This document shows positions 18,122 to 25,904 of a DNA stretch of 64,000 bases, piece after piece. The stretch is from an uncultured candidate division Zixibacteria bacterium (lineage in GTDB: Bacteria; Zixibacteria; MSB-5A5; UBA10806), in assembly GCA_963801605.1 (NCBI GenBank), contig CAWDFP010000006.1, positions 768,879-832,878 of the forward strand. Reading direction: 5' to 3'. A program made the position numbers and the translations under genes. Each line of letters begins with the position of its first letter. Positions within the stretch are counted from its first letter, which is position 1. A model generated the notes under the pieces. That model saw only the letters and a list, made by a program, of their open reading frames with translations. It made no database searches and was not told the DNA's origin.

Positions 18122-18155
18122 AGGAGGGTGTCTCGCACACCCTCCTTTTTCTTTT
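18122..18155 (+). terminator. Rho-independent terminator after the hexahaem cytochrome
   Basis: AGGAGGGTG (18122-18130), loop TCTCGCA, CACCCTCCT (18138-18146), followed by TTTTCTTTT. Confidence 0.8.
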
Positions 18156-18179
18156 CATACTTTTACTGCGGGATAAATA

Positions 18180-19298
18180 ATGATCAAACACACAATTGTA
18201 TTTCTTTTTGCGATGATTTCTCTTTCTACCGCCGGAACTATTTTACAGAATGACGGTTTCCCGCACAAACCCGGTTCCGGTTATCAACCCGGCGCAATAC
18301 TCGATACGCCGCCCTTTACGCCAGGTTATCACAATGGCAACGACATGGTTTGCTCAGATTGCCATATTATGCATGCCTCTATGCAGCATGATTATGGTAC
18401 CCCTGATTCTTATACCTATCCTTATAACGTTGAGCCTCCCGCAAATCATCTTCTTAAGGCTGCGAACGCCTTAACGCTGTGTCTGTCCTGTCACAACGAT
18501 AAGGTTGGTATTCCCGATGTTGTCGGCGCCGACGTCAATGGAGGGAGTGATCGTGCGGCGGGACAGCTTGGCGAAGTTGGCGAAATCAACAACAACGGGC
18601 ATAATATTGCTCCTGATCCGGGGGACCTCTGCAATCGATGCCATTTTGGAGGGGAGTTTCACACCGCTTCTGTAGAGTGTATCGATTGTCATGCTCCACA
18701 TGGTACCCGGTATTATCGCAATTTACAGTGGGCGTCATGGCCGGGTCATCAGCCACCTATTGTCGCTTTTGTCAGGCCTGGTTCGCAGGGACTTGACAAA
18801 TATCAAACTGCCAATGTTCGATACGGCGCTCCCGGTTATGGACGTGGTCAGGCGACCTGGAGAGAGGTAACTAATATCTGCATTGATTGTCATCATACCC
18901 TGGTTGACGCCTCGCCCAACGGTGGACGTTATACCAATCCGGAGCTTGATGATCATTGGAATAGACACCCCGGTACAAATAGCGAAGACGGCGCATATCG
19001 GCCTATTGGCGGTTTACCGGATGATCCCGATGTTTACACCGATCCTCAGAATTGGGTAAGCGGTGAAGGTTCCGAATTTTCTGTTGGACGAGTGCCTTAT
19101 ATCGTAACCGAGGCTCACTCATTTCAACAGGCGGACGTTGTTTCCACCAGTAACGAGGTTTTCTGTCTTTCCTGTCATAGCGCTCACGGCACCGATAAGC
19201 CGTTTGGTTTACGATGGAATCCGACCAATAACTCAACTCCACTGGCTACTGCTGGATGCCGTCAATGCCATAACAATACAGCGAGCAATATTCCATAG
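18180..19298 (+). CDS. Secreted heptahaem c-type cytochrome (paralog family A, member 3)
   Basis: Signal peptide MIKHTIVFLFAMISLSTA. Seven CXXCH (CSDCH, CLSCH, CNRCH, CIDCH x2, CLSCH, CRQCH) in 372 aa. Shares ...GYHNGNDMVCSDCHIMHASMQH and NNNGHNI blocks with the other two family members. Confidence 0.9.
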   Translation: MIKHTIVFLFAMISLSTAGTILQNDGFPHKPGSGYQPGAILDTPPFTPGYHNGNDMVCSDCHIMHASMQHDYGTPDSYTYPYNVEPPANHLLKAANALTLCLSCHNDKVGIPDVVGADVNGGSDRAAGQLGEVGEINNNGHNIAPDPGDLCNRCHFGGEFHTASVECIDCHAPHGTRYYRNLQWASWPGHQPPIVAFVRPGSQGLDKYQTANVRYGAPGYGRGQATWREVTNICIDCHHTLVDASPNGGRYTNPELDDHWNRHPGTNSEDGAYRPIGGLPDDPDVYTDPQNWVSGEGSEFSVGRVPYIVTEAHSFQQADVVSTSNEVFCLSCHSAHGTDKPFGLRWNPTNNSTPLATAGCRQCHNNTASNIP

Positions 19299-19370
19299 AG
19301 GAAATTAGAAGTATTGGAGTAGAGAGAAACTACCCGTAATTCGATTTTAATTAATAAGAAATTTTTGCTT

Positions 19371-19407
19371 AATAAGGTATCCATCCGGGTACCTTATTAT
19401 GTTTTTA
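19371..19407 (+). terminator. Rho-independent terminator closing the cytochrome cluster
   Basis: AATAAGGTATCC (19371-19382), loop ATCC, GGGTACCTTATT (19387-19398) with one mismatch, then ATGTTTTT. Confidence 0.6.
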
Positions 19408-19593
19408 GGCAGCATAATAAAATAAGAAATAGTTTAGGAAATTTAAGATTGTTCTCGCCGGGTTTTCATTAATTATATTGCCACTGATTATAATCGAGGA
19501 TTGGTTATTTTCATCTTGGGTTTTCAACAATTAGGTTCTATTATAATCATCATGAGTATATGTTTTAGGAAGTTCATTTGGTAAGGCAGGCGA

Positions 19594-20496
19594 ATGAACC
19601 CCATTTACGGTGAAATTGCCGCACTATCAACCGCGCTCTGCTGGGCTTTCGGATCAACTTTTTTTACGCTCGGCGGATCGAGAATTGGCTCTGCCAATGT
19701 AAATCGGGCACGGTTGGTCATTGCTGCGATTTTTCTATCCTCGATGCACTTTCTATTAACGGGTAATCCACTGCCTATTGATGCAACTCAGGAGCGTTGG
19801 CTCTGGCTTGGATTTTCCGGGATAGTCGGATTTATAATTGGGGATGGAATGCTATTCGAGTCTTTCATCATTGTGGGGCCACGGCTCTCGATGCTTCTAA
19901 TGGCGCTTGTCCCGATAATAAGCGCAATTCTGGCATGGTTATTTTTGGGCGAATCACTCAGCGCGCTGGAAATTTCCGCTATCGTTATTACAGTCTCGGG
20001 AATCTTCTGGGTTGTAGCCGATAAAAAGAAAGTAAGCACCCATATCCCCGGAAAGAAGCTTGTTCTGGGAGTCGCCTTGGGATTTGGCGGCGCTCTCGGT
20101 CAAACATTTGGTTTGATCCTTTCAAAAAAAGGGCTTGAGGGAGGATACCCGGCGCTCTCAGGTAATTTAATACGGGTTCTTTGCGCGATGGTGATCTTAT
20201 GGTTGATTACTCTCCTAAGCGGAAAGGCGCGGGAGGCCCTGAAGAGTTATAAGGATAAGAAGGCGTTTTTGGCGCTCACAGCAGGGTCGTTTTTCGGGCC
20301 ATTTATTGGCGTCTGGTTTTCACTGATATCAATTAAATATGCCAGGCTCGGAATCGCTACCACGTTAATGTCCCTGACTCCCATATTCCTGATTCCCATC
20401 ACGCGCATAGTATTTAAAGAAAAGGTAACCGTCGGAGCGATTATTGGAACTGTGATCGCCGTCGCCGGAGTTGCAATCCTGCTTTTGGCAGGATAA
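19594..20496 (+). CDS. EamA/DMT-family transporter
   Basis: 300 aa with about 10 hydrophobic helices arranged as two similar halves. Typical DMT N-terminus (GEIAALSTALCWAFGSTFF) and C-terminal half (LGIATTLMSLTPIFLIP). Confidence 0.7.
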   Translation: MNPIYGEIAALSTALCWAFGSTFFTLGGSRIGSANVNRARLVIAAIFLSSMHFLLTGNPLPIDATQERWLWLGFSGIVGFIIGDGMLFESFIIVGPRLSMLLMALVPIISAILAWLFLGESLSALEISAIVITVSGIFWVVADKKKVSTHIPGKKLVLGVALGFGGALGQTFGLILSKKGLEGGYPALSGNLIRVLCAMVILWLITLLSGKAREALKSYKDKKAFLALTAGSFFGPFIGVWFSLISIKYARLGIATTLMSLTPIFLIPITRIVFKEKVTVGAIIGTVIAVAGVAILLLAG

Positions 20497-20542
20497 AGCC
20501 GGTGGGCTTTTAGAATTAAATGTTTTATTGAAAGGAATTTTT

Positions 20543-21304
20543 ATGTATGGGAAGCTAAAGCCTAAAATAAAATTTCCTCATCGTGGTTCGATACTCAGCG
20601 CAATCGTATTATTTTTGTTGGCATCACTATTGTTCCGGGAGCCGGGCGAAGCTCAGATTAAAAAAACAAAAAAACCGGCTGCCTGGACAGAGGAATTTGC
20701 CGTAGATAATTGTCATTTTACCACTATCGGACGAAACGGATATTTCATCCTTGAACCGAAATATCAATTGGTGTTGGCCGGCAAAGATGGGAAAGACAGC
20801 GTGGTGCTTACGATCACAGTACTGAATGAAACTCAGAAAATCGGAACAGTGGAAACGAGAGTTGTTGAAGAGCGGGAAAAGCGTAACGGGAAACTCAGCG
20901 AGGTTTCGAGAAACTATCTTGCTTTTTGTCTTCAAACCAGCGATATCTTTTATTTTGGCGAGGATGTCGCTAACTATGCCAAAGGCAAGATCGTAAATAG
21001 CGAGGGAAGCTGGAAAGCCGATTCGGCGGGCGCCAGGGCCGGGTTGCTATTACCGGGTACCGCGCTCATTGGCGCCAGATATTATCAGGAGATGGCGCCC
21101 GGAATCGCCATGGATAGAGCCCAAATAATAGACAATATCGTTACTCTTAAAACTCCCGCCGGCAATTATCGGAATTGTCTTAAAACCCTGGAGACTTCGC
21201 CTCTGGAGCCCGGAGTTAAGGATTATAAAATATATGCTCCCGGAATCGGGCTTATCAAGGATGGCAATCTGCTTCTTATAAAAACAGGGTTCTTAAAGAG
21301 ATAA
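20543..21304 (+). CDS. Secreted hypothetical protein
   Basis: Start moved to ATG 20543 (RBS AAAGGA). MYGKLKPKIKFPHRGSILSAIVLFLLASLLF looks like a signal peptide. No recognisable motif. Confidence 0.5.
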   Translation: MYGKLKPKIKFPHRGSILSAIVLFLLASLLFREPGEAQIKKTKKPAAWTEEFAVDNCHFTTIGRNGYFILEPKYQLVLAGKDGKDSVVLTITVLNETQKIGTVETRVVEEREKRNGKLSEVSRNYLAFCLQTSDIFYFGEDVANYAKGKIVNSEGSWKADSAGARAGLLLPGTALIGARYYQEMAPGIAMDRAQIIDNIVTLKTPAGNYRNCLKTLETSPLEPGVKDYKIYAPGIGLIKDGNLLLIKTGFLKR

Positions 21305-21422
21305 TTTATATCGAATGCCGGCGGCTTCCTAATATTAATAAGTCGCTTAATATTGCTTGTAATATCATGTCGCCGAATGTTAATATTTATTATAAGAACC
21401 GGACATTTACAGGTTTAAACCA

Positions 21423-21902
21423 ATGAATCATCCTTACTTTATCGGCGTAGTAGGCCATAAGAAAAGCGGCAAAACAACTCTGGTTGAGCTTTTGACCAAA
21501 GAGATGGTTTTGCGAGGGAAGTCAGTTGGCACCATTAAAATTACTTCACATGACCTGCAATTTGACACACCGGGCAAGGATACTCATCGTCATAGAGCAG
21601 CAGGTTCAATAGTTACCATGATCAAATCAAAATCACAAATAGCATTATTTTCGGATCACGCCTATTTTGACGATGAGCAAATAAGATCTATCTTCATAAA
21701 ATGCGATTTTGTATTTATCGAGGGCGATAGCGGTTCGCAAAACCCCAAAATTTGCGTATCCGATGAACGGGAAATCCGAAAGGATATCGCGGGAGAAATT
21801 ATAGCTATTTGGGGCATGAGACCTGATAGCGAGGGCACTCCTTATTTCAATACAAACGAAACAAATAGTCTCTGTGAATTTTTACTTCAAAAGTATCACT
21901 AA
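21423..21902 (+). CDS. mobB: Molybdopterin-guanine dinucleotide biosynthesis adapter protein MobB
   Basis: P-loop GVVGHKKSGKTTLVELL, then GTIKITSHDLQFDTPGKDTHRHRAAG and DFVFIEGDS. These are colinear with E. coli MobB (GTGKTTL / LIKHTHHDMDVDKPGKDS / LILVEGFK). Confidence 0.8.
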   Translation: MNHPYFIGVVGHKKSGKTTLVELLTKEMVLRGKSVGTIKITSHDLQFDTPGKDTHRHRAAGSIVTMIKSKSQIALFSDHAYFDDEQIRSIFIKCDFVFIEGDSGSQNPKICVSDEREIRKDIAGEIIAIWGMRPDSEGTPYFNTNETNSLCEFLLQKYH

Positions 21903-21914
21903 CAGGCGGTGAAT

Positions 21915-22082
21915 ATGGCTGATACATCAGATTTAAAAGTAGAACTGACTGTCAACGGCAAAAGCATTCCCATGAATGAGTTTGTTCATAAAATCGTAGG
22001 CAATCTCATGTTAGCCATTCTAAAATCAATCCGGCTCGATGAGGAGCCACGTTCAGCGGTAATAAATTTAACAATCAAATAG
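21915..22082 (+). CDS. Small hypothetical protein (55 aa), below the ORF-track cutoff
   Basis: ATG 21915, 12 nt after the mobB stop, preceded by AGGCGGTGA. Translation MADTSDLKVELTVNGKSIPMNEFVHKIVGNLMLAILKSIRLDEEPRSAVINLTIK*. Coding status not verified. Confidence 0.3.
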   Translation: MADTSDLKVELTVNGKSIPMNEFVHKIVGNLMLAILKSIRLDEEPRSAVINLTIK

Positions 22083-22247
22083 GGATTTTGGTCGAATCAA
22101 ATCCACCGCGTATAGGTGTGCTAAGCGCCGGCGTTTGTATTTCCTTAACTATGAGTCCTTTTGATTGTAGATGAGTTGCCTTTTTGTTTTACTTATATAA
22201 TTTCGTAAAAATAATAATTATAATCAAACAGCGTTTTATGGTCCGAA

Positions 22248-23528
22248 TTATCGCATACAAATTCTACTGATTCGTTTTGCGAGCGCCATGATAGTTAAAA
22301 TTGGTGGATTCCCCAAAGATTCCGGAAATAGAGTTGCATCAGCTACGTAGAGGTTTTCAGGCAGACGATCGTTATGAAATGAGGCAGCATCTTTCCTCGT
22401 GAGTGGCAGCATTCCACCGGGATGCCCAGCGTTGAGTTTTCCTAAAAAGATAGCGTCTTTCTTTACTCCCAAACGGCTAAACAGTTCGGTACAAAGCTCA
22501 ACCCCTTGGTCAAGATTAGTTTTATCTTCCGCTGTGAGTTTTTTATCAACGCCTTTTTGCGAAATATGTCCGGCGGTAGCGTCTGCTAATTTAATCATCA
22601 AGCTAAATATATCGCTCATGCCCGGCTTCCATTTTCTATTGAAAAAGAAGCTGAGGTAGTCGAAATACGGGGCGATAATAAAGTGACTCCTCTGAATGGC
22701 AAAGGGCATTGATATTTCTTTGTTTTGAAAAGAGTCTTTCCATTCGGCAGCGACGCATAAGACAGGATCAACGAAGAGCCGTTTATCGCATGTGATGCCG
22801 GAGTTTTCCAGAATGATCGGTGTTCCCAATCCTCCCGCGGCCAGGACGAAAAGATCGGCGTTGTATATTTTAGATCGGCCCTTCTCTTTGACTGCGGCTC
22901 CGCTGACAGCGTTACTATCGATTAACAATTTTTCTACTCGGCAACCGGTGACCAGATTAGCGCCCTGTTCAAGCGCCCGACTGACAAATTGCCGGCTATC
23001 CCATTTGGCTCCACCGGGACATCCCAATACGCATTTACCGCAGTTTGTGCAACGCCCGGCATAACCCATTTTGGGAAGCGGGATTGGATTAAGACCCATA
23101 TCTGTGCATATTTCAAAAAGACGCTTTGTTGAAGTTCTCCAGTTCTTCTGATGCTCAGTATGAATAGGGATTTCAGCCAGAAGCTCCTCGAATTCCTCAT
23201 CGAGACAGATTCCCAGAGCCTTTAAATCCTTATCCATCCTAAGGGCATTACCTGTCGCGAGGGTAGTGGTGCCCCCGACGGCGAGGCCGTTTATGAGGCT
23301 CATCTGGTCGGACGTTTTTCTTATCTGCATCGCTGGAAAAAGAAGGCCAATCTCTCGTTCGTCAAAGAGCAATCCAAGTCTCTTTAGTTTTTCGATTTTG
23401 GAAAGCCCGACCGCAAATGGACGAAACTCCCCTCCGGCCTCCAATATGGTAACCTCATACTTACCCTGAAGTTCTTTTGCGACAGTGGCGCCGCCAGCCC
23501 CGCTCCCAATAACGATTGCTTTCTTCAT
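22248..23528 (-). CDS. FAD-dependent oxidoreductase, GMC-like
   Basis: Rossmann motif KKAIVIGSGAGGATVAKEL...ILEAGG. C-terminal YVADATLFPESLGNPPILTIMALAKR as in GMC flavoproteins. Internal Cys cluster CTNCGKCVLGCP. Confidence 0.65.
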   Translation of the reverse strand: MKKAIVIGSGAGGATVAKELQGKYEVTILEAGGEFRPFAVGLSKIEKLKRLGLLFDEREIGLLFPAMQIRKTSDQMSLINGLAVGGTTTLATGNALRMDKDLKALGICLDEEFEELLAEIPIHTEHQKNWRTSTKRLFEICTDMGLNPIPLPKMGYAGRCTNCGKCVLGCPGGAKWDSRQFVSRALEQGANLVTGCRVEKLLIDSNAVSGAAVKEKGRSKIYNADLFVLAAGGLGTPIILENSGITCDKRLFVDPVLCVAAEWKDSFQNKEISMPFAIQRSHFIIAPYFDYLSFFFNRKWKPGMSDIFSLMIKLADATAGHISQKGVDKKLTAEDKTNLDQGVELCTELFSRLGVKKDAIFLGKLNAGHPGGMLPLTRKDAASFHNDRLPENLYVADATLFPESLGNPPILTIMALAKRISRICMR

Positions 23529-24073
23529 CCTGATTTCCCGGTAACTGATAGTTGGCCCTTACAGCAGGATTTCATTTCGGTGATTCTCTGGCCGAACTCA
23601 AGCTTCCAGCCATTTGATAATCCCGCTACCAATCCGGCATCAAGCGCCGATATCAGCTTGCAAGTCTCGGAATTATAATAAGAACTGAAATAGCATTTTT
23701 TTATCTCAACCGCGCCTTGAGGATCGCAATGAAAATCTATTTTAAGTAATTTATAAACAAAAGAAATAGCCGAGAGAATATCTTCCCTGGAATCTAAGTT
23801 TAGTTTTTCTTTCAACTCAATTCCCATTTTATAAGCGTGATCATAAAGATTGCTTCGGATAGCATCGAGATCGCGGCCATCGGATATGGCAGTATCGGCG
23901 GCTCCTTTGGTGAAAAGCGCGAAACTTTTCAGATTCTGATTAAAGCAAACACTATTAAGGTTAGGGGGATTGTATCCAAATGCCCGTGCCGTTAATTCCG
24001 ACAATTCGCGCAGCTTCGCATTTTTCACGAATGTTGGGATGTATCCCTTAAGTAACCAGATACGCATATTCAT
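23525..24073 (-). CDS. Hypothetical protein with C-terminal Cys pair
   Basis: 182-aa ORF whose start and stop each overlap a neighbour by 4 nt (operon). Features ALDAGLVAGLSNGWKLEFGQRITEMKSCCKG. I can assign no family. Confidence 0.45.
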   Translation of the reverse strand: MNMRIWLLKGYIPTFVKNAKLRELSELTARAFGYNPPNLNSVCFNQNLKSFALFTKGAADTAISDGRDLDAIRSNLYDHAYKMGIELKEKLNLDSREDILSAISFVYKLLKIDFHCDPQGAVEIKKCYFSSYYNSETCKLISALDAGLVAGLSNGWKLEFGQRITEMKSCCKGQLSVTGKSG

Positions 24074-24513
24074 TTAGCTGATCTTCCTATTGCTCTGGGA
24101 TAAAAAATGGCCAGGCCCACGCCAATCAAACCATCAACAACCCCGTTAGCCAAGAAAATGAGATATGGTCCGGTTATAAAATACAATGCAAACGAAAAGG
24201 CCGCACTTGCGATTTTGGCATTAACTAAAAGCATAGGGAAAATTCGGTTTTCGGGATGTTTATACATGAGAACGGCCAGCAGCGTGACCAGATACATATA
24301 TGCCACTGCCAAAGCGAGGAAAAAGCCTCCTTGGTTTGAATCAACAGTAATCATGCCGAATTGGAGTGCGATACTATTAAAAAATGCCAAAAGATGATTG
24401 GGAATCAGGAGGAATATCAGTCCCACCAAGGCAAAGCAAACTGCCAATATCATACTTATAGTTTTATAAAGACTCATCAATTGGCCTCGCGCTTTTCCCA
24501 TAATAAAGTTCAT
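24070..24513 (-). CDS. Small 4-TM membrane protein
   Basis: 147 aa with four hydrophobic helices (ISMILAVCFALVGLIFLLI, FFLALAVAYMYLVTLLAVLM, IASAAFSFALYFITGPYLIFL, VVDGLIGVGLAIF). Confidence 0.5.
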   Translation of the reverse strand: MNFIMGKARGQLMSLYKTISMILAVCFALVGLIFLLIPNHLLAFFNSIALQFGMITVDSNQGGFFLALAVAYMYLVTLLAVLMYKHPENRIFPMLLVNAKIASAAFSFALYFITGPYLIFLANGVVDGLIGVGLAIFYPRAIGRSAK

Positions 24514-25696
24514 AGAATTTCGAATACGAATCGAATTTGACTTCTTTCATCATTTCAAGAGTCGCTTCTCTTGGAATAGGATATTCTCCGCTATTGTATT
24601 TTTGCAAAAGTGTATAATTTTTATTTATAAAGCAGCTTCCTTCGGACGGAAACCGCTTTTTCATCTCAAAAAAGATATTCTCTATCGAGGCGTTCTTAAT
24701 ATTTCCGAACGTAATGGGAGTGAAAACGCAAGGACCTACCTCACCAAAAGAATCGATATAGATCATTTTGTGACCGGCATTGCAGCCAAAATGTTCCTTA
24801 CCCTCGAAATGACTGAGGTAGTTAACGGTGATCCCATTCTTTTTATTATACCGATCTTGAAGAGCAACGAGATAAAGGCGATCTGCCTCCGTAATTACAA
24901 ACTTTTTATCCCAAAAAGCCTCAATTGATGGTTTGGTTTCACTAATCCAGGCCTCATCGACTCCCAGTCTCTCCAAAAAATGCAGAAAAGTTTCGACCTG
25001 CCCGTTTCTTATCATATCGACTGATAATACAGACGAGACGCTAACGTGAATGCCACCTGTTTCCTTAAAAAGCTCAATAGCCTTTAGGGCTGTCTTGAAA
25101 GCACCTTTGTATCCTCTACCGAGATCATGTATGTCCTCTGTCCAGTGATCCAGGCTCACCGATACCGAATAGAGTCCGGCTTTTCGAAGATCGTTCGCCA
25201 TCTGTGATGTTAGTGTGCAGCCCGTGGTAAATAGCTTGCTGGCGCAATTGTCTCCCACATGTTCCGTAATTTTTAGCAAGTCTTTGTTTAATAGAGGTTC
25301 TCCACCGGTGAAGCCGATCCAGAATACGCCCATCTTTTTCAGGTCGTCAATCAGGCTCATAATGGAAGAAGTATCTAAAAGGACCCCTTTTCTATTCTTA
25401 TTATAGCAATACTGGCAGTTTTGCGGACAAAGATTAGTGAGTCCGATCTGCGCGTGGGAGGGACCAGTGGTTCGAGCAAGAAGGTGTTCCTCAATAAAGC
25501 GGGAAAAAGCTGGGCTGTTCAGAGGAGGCAGGTGAGAGTGCAGCACGAGTTTGCCTTCTATATCCTTAACCTTAAATTTTCGTAAGTAATTACATAGAAA
25601 TAGATCCATGGCAGGGCCGGCCATAACAATTTTCGGATTTGAGAGCAGTGCGCCCACAGTCTTAATTTTTGTATTGATCCAGGACATTCTATTCAT
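24464..25696 (-). CDS. Radical SAM enzyme with C-terminal twitch/SPASM-like Cys region
   Basis: CX3CX2C cluster in GLTNLCPQNCQYCYNK, GGEPLL glycine motif, C-terminal GCNAGHKMIYIDSFGEVGPCVF. Start placed at ATG 25696 (MNRMSWINTK). The track's longer ORF to 25792 begins with TTG. Confidence 0.75.
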   Translation of the reverse strand: MNRMSWINTKIKTVGALLSNPKIVMAGPAMDLFLCNYLRKFKVKDIEGKLVLHSHLPPLNSPAFSRFIEEHLLARTTGPSHAQIGLTNLCPQNCQYCYNKNRKGVLLDTSSIMSLIDDLKKMGVFWIGFTGGEPLLNKDLLKITEHVGDNCASKLFTTGCTLTSQMANDLRKAGLYSVSVSLDHWTEDIHDLGRGYKGAFKTALKAIELFKETGGIHVSVSSVLSVDMIRNGQVETFLHFLERLGVDEAWISETKPSIEAFWDKKFVITEADRLYLVALQDRYNKKNGITVNYLSHFEGKEHFGCNAGHKMIYIDSFGEVGPCVFTPITFGNIKNASIENIFFEMKKRFPSEGSCFINKNYTLLQKYNSGEYPIPREATLEMMKEVKFDSYSKFYELYYGKSARPIDESL

Positions 25697-25840
25697 TACC
25701 CCGTTGTAGACGGCCCCGCCGACAAACGAAATTTGCGTCGAGCCTCCAATATTTATTCTAATGAAAAATAACAAAGATTCTTTAGATTTCAAAGCAATTT
25801 AGATTTAGAGGATAGATCACATTTTTATTATATGGATATT

Positions 25841-25877
25841 AAAAACAAAAAAAGAGGGCAGCATATAAGCTGCCCTC
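25841..25877 (-). terminator. Rho-independent terminator of C25 peptidase paralog 1
   Basis: On the minus strand: GAGGGCAGC-TTATAT-GCTGCCCTC followed by TTTTTTTGTTTTT (plus coordinates: stem 25854-25862 / 25869-25877, A-run 25841-25853). Confidence 0.8.
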
Positions 25878-25904
25878 ATCGACTTGAATATTTATTTCTG
25901 CGAA

